From assembly GCA_950097015.1 (NCBI GenBank), contig CATNEN010000038.1, positions 18,476,001 to 18,540,000 of the forward strand: a DNA stretch of 64,000 nt. Reading direction: 5' to 3'. A model generated the notes under the pieces. That model was not told the origin of the DNA. It searched no databases and saw only the letters and a list, made by a program, of their open reading frames with translations. A program made the position numbers and the translations under genes. Positions 1-13,800 of the stretch are shown one piece after another (within the stretch, counting starts at the first letter, position 1; the number at the start of each line of letters is the position of its first letter). Origin of the DNA: Macrostomum hystrix. Its lineage: Eukaryota; Animalia; Platyhelminthes.

Positions 1-110
1 CATGCGGAAAAAAGTAGCCCTGTTAGAATCGTTAAATGTCTTGAAATTCTGAAGGGGTGGCAACCAGATTATTGTTATTTATCAAAAACATCATCCTCGA
101 TCCTTGGCAG

Positions 111-3100
111 GATTGTCTCATCATCGCACACCCTTCGGCCGGCCCAAACTGGCGTGTGGACGAGGCTCATTCGGCCAGATTCTGAGCACTCTATTACCGT
201 GCCTTTGCCTGAATACCAGCTATACGGTACGAATGCGTGCTATAAGAATTGTCACTTTTAACTGAATGGTGCTGATACTGATACCGCCATTGAATGGGTG
301 CCAGCATCAGCTGGGATAATTGAAGGTGGGTGTGGCGTCCCCCCAGTCCATGGACTGAACAGCCGTTCGCAGCCTTCAGATGCACCGCGCAATAGCTGCG
401 GCTGTGCTGTCGGCTACACATCTGATCCCAATAAGGGCAGGTTGAGTAATTTAGAAAAACAGTTTTATCCACGTTTTTTAGAGGTTAACGGATTTACGGA
501 AAAGCGTTACATTTTACATTTCTATCATCACAGTTCATGTTTTTGTTAAAGTAAATTTAACTTATTTTGCAGACACTCTGATTGTTAATGTAACGATAAG
601 CGATTCGTCAGCCTACACTCGCCTAGTGTCGCCTATGGACGCGCTGTCGCAGAATTTCTCATTGAGCATAGATTTACTGAGCTGCTTCTATTGGCACATT
701 GCTAGCGCCAGTTGGAAAACTGACGGCTGCAAATCTTCTATGTTAGCGGCTGCCGAGACTGGCTTAGAGTGCCAGTGCAATCATTTGACCGCGTTCTCGG
801 CACTTAGACTCGGCGCTGAGATGACTGACGGACTTGCTGGGAGACTGCTGGGCACTGAACCGCTCTTGCTGCAGCCTGGGTTAGCCTCCCATACTTCTCT
901 ATTCCTCTCTCCCCTTCTCTTTTTCTCTCCCCTCCTTCTCTATTCCTCTCTCCCCTCCTTCTCTATTCCTCTCTCCCCTCCTTCTCTATTCCTCTCTCCC
1001 CTCCTTCTCTATTCCTCTCTCCCCTCCTTCTCTATTCCTCTCTCCCCTCCTTCTCTATTCCTCTCTCCCCTTCTCTTTTTCTCTCCCCTCCTCTATTCCT
1101 CTCTCACCTTCTCTTTTTCTCTCCCCCTCCTCTATTCCTCTCTCTCCTTCTCTATTCCTCTCCCCTCCTCTATTCCTCTCTCCCCTCCTTCTCTATTCCT
1201 CTCTCCCCTCCTTCTCTATTCCTCTCTCCCCTCCTTCTCTATTCCTCTCTCCCCTCCTTCTCTATTCCTCTCTCCCCTCCTTCTCTATTCCTCTCTCCCC
1301 TCCTTCTCTATTCCTCTCTCCCCTCCTTCTCTATTCCTCTCTCCTCCTCCTCTATTCCTCTCTCTCCTCCTCTATTCCTCTCCCCCTCCTTCTCTATTCC
1401 TCTCTCCCCTCCTCTAGTCCTCTATCCCCTCCTTCTATTCCTCTCTCCCCTCCTTCTCTATTCCTCTCTCCCCTTCTCTTTTTCTCTCCCCTCCTCTATT
1501 CCTCTCTCCCCTCCTTCTCTATTCCTCTCTCCCCTCCTTCTCTATTCCTCTCTCCCCTCCTTCTCTATTCCTCTCTCCCCTCCTTCTCTATTTCTCTCTC
1601 CCCTCGTCTATTCCTCTCTCCCCTTCTCTTTTTCTCTCCCCTCCTCTATTCCTCTCTCACCTTCTCTTTTTCTCTCCCCCTCCTCTATTCCTCTCTCCCC
1701 TTCTCTATTCCTCTCCCCTCCTCTATTCCTCTCTCCCCTCCTTCTCTATTCCTCTCTCCCCTTCTCTTTTTCTCTCCCCTCCTCTATTCCTCTCTCCCCT
1801 CCTCTATTCCTCTCTCCCCTCCTTCTCTATTCCTCTCTCCCCTCCTTCTCTATTCCTCTCTCCCCTCCTTCTCTATTCCTCTCTCCCCTCGTCTATTCCT
1901 CTCTCCCCTCCTTCTCTATTCCTCTCTCCCTTCCTTCTCTATTCCTCTCTCCCCTCCTTCTCTATTCCTCTCTCCCCTCGTCTATTCCTCTCTCCCCTCC
2001 TTCTCTATTCCTCTCTCCCTTCCTTCTCTATTCCTCTCTCCCCACCTTCTCTATTCTCTCTGCCCTCCTTCTCTATTCCTCTCTCCCTTCCTCTATTCCT
2101 CTCTCACCTTCTCTTTTTCTCTCCCCCTCCTCTATTCCTCTCTCCCCTCCTTCTCTATTCCTCTCTCCTCCTCCTCTATTCCTCTCTCTCCTCCTCTATT
2201 CCTCTCCCCCTCCTTCTCTATTCCTCTCTCCCCTCCTCTAGTCCTCTATCCCCTCCTTCTATGTTCCTCTCCCCTTTTCCCCTTCTACTTATCTTCTCTA
2301 TGTTCCCCCCTGTCAGTTAATGCTTCGACCATCGCCAACCTGTTGTGCTTCCATTTCAGTGTTTCAATTTTGCCCTTCGCAATAGCGGCCACAGCTGTTT
2401 TGCTTGTTCTCTGCTTGGTCAAGACACTGCAGTGGGACTCGGCTAACAATCGAGCGCCTCTTATTGTTGTTCCCTTGCCTGACAACTGCTTAGTTACGCG
2501 TTCTAGCCCTGAGGGAGACTGGCGACTGCGGCAGCGGCTTCAGCAGCAGCAGCAGCAGCAGCAGCTTTACTTAGTCAGCGTGGAAACCGGTTTCAGTCGA
2601 TTTGCTGGGACAAACGCCAGGGTGAGGCTTGGTGTGATGCTCATGTAATATTTAATTCTACGAGTACATTATCTTCTATTGTCAGAGTCTATTGTAAGCT
2701 GTCACTCTAAACTGTCACTCTAAAGTGTCAGTCAAAACTGTCAGTCAAAACTGTCACTCTAAAGTGTCATTCTAAAATGTCACTCTAAAGTGTCACTCTA
2801 AAATGTCACTCTAAAATGTCACTCTAAAGTGTCACTCTAAACTGTCACTCTAAAATGTCACTCTAAAGTGTCACTCTAAACTGTCACTCCAAAATGTCAC
2901 TCTAAACTGTCACTCTAAACTGTCACTCTAAACTGTCACTCTAAACTGTCACTCTAAACTGTCGCTTTAAAGTGTTACTCTAAACTGTCACTCTAAACTG
3001 TCACTCTAAAATGTCACTCTAAACTGTCACTCTAAACTGTCGCTCTAAACTGTCACTCTAAACGGTCACTCTAAACTGTCACTCTAAACTGTAACTCTAA

Positions 3101-6100
3101 ACTGTCACTCTAAAATGTCACTCTAAACTGTCACTCTAAACTGTCACTCTAAAATGTCACTCTAAACTGTCACTCTAAAATGTCACTCTAAACTGTCACT
3201 CTAAACTGTCGCTCTAAACTGTCACTCTAAACGGTCACTCTAAACTGTCACTCTAAAGTGTCAGTCAAAACTGTCAGTCAAAACTGTCACTCTAAACTGT
3301 CACTCTAAACTGTCACTCTAAACTGTCACTCTAAACTGTCGCTTTAAAGTGTCACTCTAAACTGTCACTCTAAACTGTCACTCTAAAATGTCACTCTAAA
3401 CTGTCACTCTAAACTGTCACTCTAAACTGTCACTCTAAACTGTCACTCTAAACTGTCACTCTAAACTGTCACTCTAAACTGTCACTCTAAAATGTCACTC
3501 TAAACTGTCGCTTTAAAGTGTCACTCTAAAGTGTCACTCTAAACTGTCACTCTAAAATGTCACTCTAAAGTGTCACTCTAAACTGTCACTCTAAAATGTC
3601 ACTCTAAAGTGTCACTCTAAACTGTCACTCCAAAATGTCACTCTAAACTGTCACTCTAAACTGTCACTCTAAACTGTCACTCTAAACTGTCGCTTTAAAG
3701 TGTTACTCTAAACTGTCACTCTAAACTGTCACTCTAAAATGTCACTCTAAACTGTCACTCTAAACTGTCGCTCTAAACTGTCACTCTAAACGGTCACTCT
3801 AAACTGTCACTCTAAAATGTCACTCTAAACTGTCACTCTAAACTGTCACTCTAAAATGTCACTCTAAACTGTCACTCTAAAATGTCACTCTAAACTGTCA
3901 CTCTAAACTGTCGCTCTAAACTGTCACTCTAAACTGTCACTCTAAACTGTCACTCTAAACTGTCGCTTTAAAGTGTCACTCTAAACTGTCACTCTAAACT
4001 GTCACTCTAAAATGTCACTCTAAACTGTCACTCTAAACTGTCACTCTAAACTGTCGCTTTAAAGTGTCACTCTAAACTGTCACTCTAAACTGTCACTCTA
4101 AAATGTCACTCTAAACTGTCACTCTAAACTGTCACTCTAAACTGTCACTCTAAACTGTCACTCTAAACTGTCAATCTTAACTGGCACTTGTTGATCGCTT
4201 AAAAACTTTGCTGTCGAAAAAGCAGCAAATAATATGCAACTTGAACTAGAGCTTGCTGTCGCCATTTTCAGAAAAAATAAAAAAATTTGTCACGCACTTT
4301 GTCAAGATTTTCCGTTAGTGTAATTAAATTTGTTTTAAATGAAAGATTGAACAACAGTCATGTAGATTAGCCAGTATTAAATTGATAAATTTAATTAAAC
4401 AGCTTCGTGTTTTTGTGGATAGCTTTCGGCAATTGGTGAGGCCAACCATTTCCGTTCATTTCCGTTCAAATTGCAGATTTTTGGCCATTAAATACTGCCA
4501 GTTAAACTTGATAGTTCGTTACTAAGGTTTAGAAGCTTACTTATAATAGTTTATCGTTTGTACGTTTGTATTGTATCAGTCTTCTACTAATAGTAGACTA
4601 AGGGTTAAAAAGGCTATATTGTTTTATAATAAAATATCGGTTCCCTGGGGTGCTGACTTGTGCTGAAATACGATCATACCTGATAATTAGGAGATTAGAT
4701 CAAACCTGATAATTAGGAGATTAGATCATACCTGATAATTAGGAGATTAGATCAAACCTGATAATTAGGAGATTAGATCATACCTGATAATTAGGAGATT
4801 AGATCAAACCTGATAATTAGGAGATTAGATCATACCTGATAATTAGGAGATTAGATCAAACCTGATAATTAGGAGATTAGATCATACCTGATAATTAGGA
4901 GATTAGATCAAACCTGATAATTAGGAGATTAGATCTTAACCTGATAATTAGAGATTAGAACATACCTGATAATTAGGAGATTAGATCACACCTGATAATT
5001 AGGAGATTAGATCACACCTGATAATTAGGAGATTAGATCATACCTGATAATTAGGAGATTAGATCATACCTGATAATTAGGAGATTAGACCACACCTGAT
5101 AATTAGGAGATTAGATCACACCTGATAATTAGGAGATTAGATCAAAGCTGATAATTAGGAGATTAGATCTTAACCCGATAATTAGGAGATTAGATCATAC
5201 CTGATAATTAGGAGATTATATCACACCTGATAATTAGGAGATTAGATCAAACCTGATAATTAGGAGATTAGATCATACCTGATAATTAGGAGATTAGATC
5301 ACATCTGATAATTAGGAGATTAGATCACATCTGATACTTAGGAGATTAGATCTTAACCCGATAATTAGGAGATTAGATCATACCTGATAATTAGGAGATT
5401 ATATCACACCTGATAATTAGAGATTAGATCATACCTGATCATTAGGAGATTAGATCATACCTGATCATTAGGAGATTAGATCACACCTGATAATTAGGAG
5501 ATTAGATCATACCTGACCATTAGGAGATACAATACTACCTGAGCCGCCCAACTTACTAAACCCGCCGTCGCAGGTGTACATTTCACTTCATGGCGCGGCT
5601 GGCCAATCGGAGCAGGCCACGCGCGAGCTGCGCCAACCTCACGCCGCCGGCCCGCCAATCACCGGCCGTCTATTCGGACCAGGCTGTCGCTCGCTGTTCC
5701 TCCTCGCCGCTCCGGCAGGCTTGCATCGCCCCGACCGGGTCCGCCTGTGGCACGACGCCGCCGATGGCGAGTCGCCCTCGTGGCTCCTTCGCCGAGTTGA
5801 CATTTGTCGTTTAAATGACCTGACCGATTCGCCGACAGACAATGTGCGACAAGCTAATCCGGAGATTTTCTCGTTTCCATGCAATTCCTGGCTGTCGGCC
5901 GGCTCTGCCAATCTGCGCACTGATCGAGAATTGCACTCCGCCGCCGACAATCAACGGTCCGGAGTTCGATTCCTGGCCAGCCTAGCCGACTGGCTGAAGC
6001 TGGCTTGGTCGGCGCTGCATCCGTGGCTTGCGCCGGTGTACAGGCCGGACTGGCTGGGTGGCAGCCACTCCCAGAGCCTCATGGCCTGCGCCGCTTGGCT

Positions 6101-7954
6101 CGGCGCCGTCTGGGCCGCCGCCGTCGGCCTCGTGACTAATCTATCAGCCGAGGATCAGGTTGGCTGGTGCTATTGTTAATTGTCGGATTAGTGATACTAA
6201 CCATGGGACTAGTGTTATTAAGCATGGGATTAGTGTTATTAACTATGGGATTAGTGTTATTAACCATGGGATTAGTGTCATTAGCCATGGGATTAGTGTT
6301 ATTAAGCATGGGATTAGTGTTATTAACCATGGGATTAGTGTTATTAACCATGGGATTAGTGTCATTAACCATGGGATTAGTGTCATTAGCCATGGGGTTA
6401 GTGTTATTAACCAGGGGATTAGTGTCATTAACCATGGGATTAGTGTCATTAACCATGGGATTAGTGTCATTAACCATGGGATTAGTGTACTTAACCATGG
6501 GATTAGTGCTATGTGATCAGTGTTATTAACTGTTAGCAAATATTTTATTCAGCATTTCCACTTATTTCACTTTAATTTCTAGGCTACACTGGACTATTTT
6601 CCTCTCTATAAAGACTTCATCAATGGCCTACCGTGGGGCATTGGCCTAGCTACCTGTCTCACTGGCTTCTCAATAATCACCTACAGCATGCCAGTAAGTT
6701 TAATTTTGTTCATTTAAACGTCTATTCGAATAGACTACTGTAAGTAGTTTTGTTTAAGCAAAGTACCACTTTGATTTTTTAGGCCACCAGATTCACTTTG
6801 CGCAATCTGATGACCAGTTTTAAAGCAAGCAAAACTGCATCTAGCAACGGTGGCGAGGCGGCGGCAACAACTTTGCAATCAGCGCCATCTGAGCAGCAAC
6901 AGCAGCCTAAAAAGGACATAATTGTTGGCACAGACGGATTAGCGAACATCGCTAGCTTTGGACATCTGCAGAGCTGGGCTGAGCAGGTCAATTAGAATTT
7001 CTGTTGTCTAATCCCATTGGCTGGAATTTCATTGGATGCGATCCTCAGGATTGGGATTTCAGTGTTTAAAATCCTCATGATTCATATTTCTGTGTTTCAG
7101 ATCCTCAGGATTGGGATTTTAGTGTTTAAAATTCTCAGGATTGAGATTTTAGTGTTTCAGATCCTCAGGATTGGGATTTTAGTGTTTCAAATCCTCATGA
7201 TTGGGATTTTAGTGTTTCAAATCCTCGTGATTCATATTTCTGTGTTTCAGATCCTCAGGATTGGGATTTTAGTGTTTCAAATCCTCAGGATTGGGATTTT
7301 AGTGTTTCAGATCCTCAGGATTGGGATTTTAGTGTTTGAAATCCTCATTATTGGGATTTTAGTGTTTCAAATCCTCGTGATTCATATTTATGTGTTTCAG
7401 ATCCTCAGGATTGGGATTTTAGTGCTTCAAATCCTCAGGATTGGGATTTTAGTGTTTCAGATCCTCAGGATTGGGATTTTAGTGTTTCAAATCCTCATTA
7501 TTGGTATTTTAGTGTTTCAAATCCTCGTGATTCATATTTATGTGTTTCAGATCCTCAGGATTGGGATTTTAGTGCTTCAAATCCTCAGGATTGGGATTTT
7601 AGTGTTTCAGATCCTCAGGATTGGGATTTTAGTGTTTCAAATCCTCATTATTGGGATTTTAGTGTTTCAAATCTTCGTGATTCATATTTCTGTTTTTCAG
7701 ATCCTCAGGATTGGGATTTTTATGTTACAGATCTCCATGATTGAGATTTCAGTGTCTTAAAGATCCTCTTGAAGGGATTTCAGTGTCCCAAATCCTTTGC
7801 ATTGCTATATCAAAGTATACTTATCCCCAGATTTGGGATTTTAGGATCAATAATCCTAAATTTTCGTCTATTATATTTTCTAATCTCAGAGTTTCTTTAA
7901 TACTTTACAGGCCTGGCAGATGCGAGCTAGCTGGGCCCTGGCCAGTAAGCTAAT

Positions 7955-7991
<37 letters not shown>

Positions 7992-10810
7992 GCAACAATG
8001 TCTATGGAAGACGCCATCAGTCTAGACAGCATCGAGATGGTCATCACTGGCGCGCGGCATGGATCGAACTGGATGGCCGCAGCCAATGAGTCAGCCGGAC
8101 CCACAGCCCCTAACCCAACCGATGATGAAATGTTTTCAACTCGCGGCCACATCGGCAGCCGGACATCCCTGCTGGCTGAGCTGTGCTGCAATGCCGGCCT
8201 GGTCGTTGGCGCTCTCGGCTGCTCCGCTTGGGCCGCAGCAATGTCCTGGCGGTGAGTAGTTTTCGAAACTGTTTTTTTAGCTCCGGACTTTTAAACGAAA
8301 GGTCGAGAGTTCGAATCTTAGCTAGACCTAAGGGAGAAAAATGATGTCCTTTTGAGCAAGACACTTATTACTCTAGTACTTCTATCCATCCAGCTATTGA
8401 ATAATGCTAGCATTACTTAGGTCTAAAGCGTTTGCCACTCTTGTGGCAGGTCCCCGAGCTCGATTCCGCGGCGAAGCCACATTTATTTGGGGCGCAGCCG
8501 CGGAGAGAAGGCTTGGGCGCTTGTCGTGCAATTTACGCCATTGAGGGCCAACCTCCAAGGCACAGTGAGAGTGTACACTGCCTGACGATGAGAAAGTCAG
8601 GCCAGATGTACACACCTGTGTGAGCGTGGGTCTGCGTACAGTATCTGTGTGCGTGTGTGCTCAGGAGTCAGCGAAATGGGCAGAAATGCCTCCTCGCTGG
8701 CTGCGGGTCTAATGTCACCAAATGATGTGCCACTGCCCGCAGCCCTCCTGCAATTATTGTTATTAATATACTATTATACAGAAGTTGGTCAGTCCACAGA
8801 CTGAACTACCTTGCACTGTCTTCGACAATGCCGCATAAAAATATCGCCTAATTTCTATATTCTTTCGTACCAACTAATTTACAAATCTTGCTAACTAATT
8901 ATGCTAATCGTGTTTAAACTTTAATAAATATAAATATTTATATTATTATTTTGAAAGATTCGATCCCCTGCAGTCGAGTCGGTCGGTTGCACTTGTCGCC
9001 GAATTCGTTCTTATCAGCGGCTGCCTAATCTCACCGCTGGCCTGTTTGATCTTTGCCGCCAGTCGAGCCGCCGCCGGCGCCTCCGTGTCAGCCCTGATGC
9101 GATTCAATGGCCGGCTGTGCAGGCAAGCTGCGGCAGCTTATCGACGGTGGGCAGCGGAACAGATGCGCGCGACTGTTGGCGAGAACGAAGTGAGTGTCCT
9201 TCGGGTATTTCCCTTACATTCGTTTACTTCAGAGACTTCCGTTAGCATCCGTGTCCTTTAGGGATTTTCGTTATCATCCGTGTCCTTTAGGGATTTCCCT
9301 TAGCAACCGTGTCCTTCAGGGATTTCCCTTAGCATGAGTGTTTACTTCAGAGATTTCCATTAGCATCCGTGTCCTTCAGGGATTTCCCTTAGCACCCGTG
9401 TCCTTCATGGATCTCCCTTAGCATTCGTTTACTTCAGAGATTTCCGTTAGCATCTGTGGCCTTCAGGGATTTCCGTTAGCATCCGTGGCCTTCAGGGATT
9501 TCCGTTAGCATCCGTGGCCTTCAGAGATTTCCCTAGTTCACTTGTCCATCAGACCCTCCTGTCCTGCAGGTATTTCCTAACCTTCCAGTCGTTCTAGGAT
9601 CTCCCTAACCTTCCAGTCCTTCGTGGATTTCCCTAACTTTCCAGTCCTTCAGGGATTTCCCTTACTTTCCACTCCTTTAGGGATTTCCCTACTTTTCAGT
9701 CCTTCGCGGCATCCCTCAGCCTCGCACCCAATCCAACCCGATCCCTTCCGCGCCAGGCCGTCTCAATTTATCAGCGCGATCGCGAGCTTCGATTCGCCCA
9801 GCCGCCCAGCTACCAGGAGCTCGCCGAGCAGCGAACCCGCCTCCTGCGCGCCTATCGCAGCCTGCGCTTCGCTTTTCGTCTCACCTTCGGCTTCTTATTG
9901 GCCCTGACTCTGATCGCCCTAGTCTGCGGACACTCAGTCAAGCCGGCTGGTATTGCTATTGATCGTATTCAAGATCTGATTGGCTGGAATCCGAGAACTG
10001 CTCACAAATTAACGGAAAGTTATTCCGTTAAAAATCAACGAAATAACAGTCGGCATAGCGTGACCGTAGTTACACTGTTAAAGACGGCGTTTCTGCGACT
10101 GGTGAAGTGCGACAGCTGTCAGGTGAGCTGGCACATGTGTCTCATTTAGCTTATCATTGTCTCTTAGTTGAGTCTCACATGTCTCGTTTGATTTTTACCT
10201 GTCCCATTGAGTCTTACCTGTCTCATTTGAGTCTTACCTGTCTCATTTAAGTCTCAACTGTCTCATTTGAGTCTCACCTGTCTCATTTGAGTCTCAACTG
10301 TCTCATTTGAGTCTCACCTGTCTCATTTGAGTCTCAACTGTCTCATTTGAGTCTCACCTGTCTCATTTGAGTCTCAACTGTCTCATTTGAGTCTCAACTG
10401 TCTCATTTGAGTCTCACCTGTCTCATTTGAGTCTCACCTGTCTCATTTGAGTCTCACCTGTCTCATTTGAGTCTCAACTGTCTCATTTGAGTCTCAGCTG
10501 TCTCATTTGAGTCTCACCTGTCTCATTTGATTCTCAACTGTCTCATTTGAGTCTAACCTGTCTCATTTGAGTCTCACCTGTCTCATTTGAGTCTCACCTG
10601 TCTCATTTGAGTCTCAACTGTCTCATTTGAGTCTCAACTGTCTCATTTGAGTCTCAACTGTCTCCTTTTTGTTCCCCCTGTCTTTTTAAGACTTATCTAT
10701 CGCAATTGGATTTAATTCTAACTTCAGCCTTCAAATTCAAATTTTAGTGGCATTTAATCGGGCCGCCACAGCTAGCTGTTTGGTCTTGCAGCAGCAGCCG
10801 CAATTCAACT

Positions 10811-10846
<36 letters not shown>

Positions 10847-13800
10847 GTAAGCATCGCGGAGGCATTGTCGCCTCTGCTGTCCCAGTCGCCTCTGCTGGCT
10901 TTTTCGCCGGCTTTGTCAACCTTCCAGAGCAACGACAGCCGGCGCTTTCAGGTCCTCAGCAACCGGCTCCTGGCTTCCAATGCCGATCGTCGCTATCCGG
11001 ACCTGCTGCCGATTCAGTCCGTTGCCAATGGCAACAACTGGTGGTGGCTGTCGCTAGCTGAATTTGTTGGCTACGTCAAACCGCCCGCATGGAGCACCGC
11101 CGACTCAATTGAGCACTCGACCTGGTGGTCCGAGCTCCATCAGCGCCTACCGGATGGTGTCTGCGCCGTGGCCCTGACTGTATCATTGTACCACGCAGCT
11201 CTTCCTGACATCCTCACCACCACCAGGCTGCTGGTAGAGCGAAGTCTGCAGACAACCGCCGGGGGACCTTCTTGGACCGCTGCCGCTACTGTGGCCCCGT
11301 TGCAAACGCAGCTTTCAATTGTGGCCAGCGTTGCTATGGTTAGCAATTCACTCCATGGGTATAGATTAGCAATCCACTCCATGGGTATATATTAGCAAGC
11401 CACTCCATGGGGATAGATTAGCAATCCACTCCATGGGTATAGATTAGCAATCCACTCCATGGGTATAGATTAGCAATCCACTCCATGGGGATAGATTAGC
11501 AATCCACTCCATGGGTATATATTAGCAATCCACTCCATGGGTATAGATTAGCAATCCACTCCATGGGTATAGATTAGCAATCCACTCCATGGGGATAGAT
11601 TAGCAATCCACTCCATGGGGATAGATTAGCAATCCACTCCATGGGGATAGATTAACAATCCGCTCCATGGGTATATATTAGCAATCCACTCCATGGGTAT
11701 AGATTAGCAATCCACTCCATGGGTATAGATTAGCAATCCACTCCATGGGTATAGATTAGCAATCCACTCCATGGGTATAGATTAGCAATCCACTCCATGG
11801 GTATAGATTAACAATCCACTCCATGGGGATAGATTAGCAATCCACTCCATGGGGATAGATTAACAATCCGCTCCATGGGTATATATTAGCAATCCACTCC
11901 ATGGGTATAGATTAGCAATCCACTCCATGGGTATAGATTAGCAATCCACTCCATGGGTATAGATTAGCAATCCACTCCATGGGTATAGATTAGCAATCCA
12001 CTCCATAGGGATAGATTAGCAATCCACTCCATAGGTATAGATTAGCAATCCACTCCATGGGTATAGATTAGCAATCCACTCCATGGGTATAGATTAGCAA
12101 TCTGCTCCATGGGTATAGATTAGCAATCCACTCCATGGGTATAGATTAGCAATCCACTCCATGGGTATAGATTAGCAATCCACTCCATGGGTATAGATTA
12201 ACAATCCACTCCATGGGTATAGATTAGCAATCCACTCCATGGGTATAGATTAACAATCCACTCCATGGGTATATATTAGCAATCCACTCCATGGGTATAG
12301 ATTAGCAATCCACTCCATGGGTATAGATTAGCAATCCACTCCATGGGTATAGATTAGCAATCCACTCCATGGGGATAGATTAGCAATCCGCTCCATGGGT
12401 ATAGATTAACAATCCGCTCCATGGGTATAGATTAGCAATCCACTCCATGGGTATAGATTAGCAATCCACTCCATAGGGATAGATTAGCAATCCACTCCCT
12501 AGGTATAGATTAGCAATCCACTCCATGGGTATAGATTAGCAATCCACTCCATGGGTATAGATTAGCAATTCACTCCATGGGGATAGATTAGCAATCCACT
12601 CCATGGGGATAGATTAGCAATCCACTCCATGGGGATAGATTAGCAATCCGCTCCATAGGGATAGATTAGCAATCCACTCCATGGGGATAGATTAGCAATC
12701 CGCTCCATGGGGATAGATTAGCAATCCACTCCATGGGTATAGATTAGCAATCCACTCCATGGGTATAGATTAGCAATCCGCTCCATGGGTATAGATTAGC
12801 AATCCACTCCATGGGGATAGATTAGCAATCCACTCCATGGGTATAGATTAGCAATCCACTCCATGGGGATAGATTAGCAATCCACTCCATGGGTATAGAT
12901 TAACAATCCACTCCATGGGTATAGATTAGCAATCCACTCCATGGGTATAGATTAGCAATCCACTCCATGGGTATAGATTAACAATCCACTCCATGGGTAT
13001 AGATTAGCAATCCACTCCATGGGTATAGATTAACAATCCGCTCCATGGGTATAGATTAACAATCCACTCCATGGGTATATATTAGCAATCCACTCCATGG
13101 GTATAGATTAGCAATCCACTCCATGGGTATAGATTAGCAATCCACTCCATGGGTATAGATTAGCAATCCACTCCATGGGGATAGATTAGCAATCCGCTCC
13201 ATGGGTATAGATTAGCAATCCACTCCATGGGTATAGATTAGCAATCCACTCCATGGGTATAGATTAGCAATCCACTCCATGGGGATAGATTAGCAATCCG
13301 CTCCATGGGGATAGATTAGCAATTCGCTCCATGGGTATAGATTAACAATTCGCTCCATGGGTATAGATTAGCAATCCACTCCATGGGTATAGATTAGCAA
13401 TCCACTCCATGGGGATAGATTAGCATCCGCTCCATGGGTATAGATTAACAATCCGCTCCATGGGTATAGATTAGCAATCCACTCCATGGGTATAGATTAG
13501 CAATCCACTCCATAGGTATAGATTAGCAATCCACTCCATAGGGATAGATTAGCAATCCACTCCATGGGTATAGATTAACAATCCGCTCCATGGGTATAGA
13601 TTAGCAATCCGCTCCATGGGTATAGATTAGCAATCCACTCCATAGGGATAGATTAGCAATCCACTCCATAGGGATAGATTAGCAATCCACTCCATAGGGA
13701 TAGATTAGCAATCCACTCTATGGGTATATATTAGCAATCCACTCCATGGGGATAGATTAGCAATCCACTCCATGGGTATAGATTAGCAATCCACTCCATG

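Noticed and set aside
2311-2359. Acceptor at 2316 for the PKD1-like TM1 exon
   Set aside because: It gives an immediate stop after the phase-2 donor at 880. The acceptor at 2359 keeps the frame.
8570-8615. Hammerhead ribozyme in SINE (ctgacga-tga-gaaa-gtc)
   Set aside because: There is no room for stems II and III. A simple cctgac/gtcagg hairpin explains the sequence.
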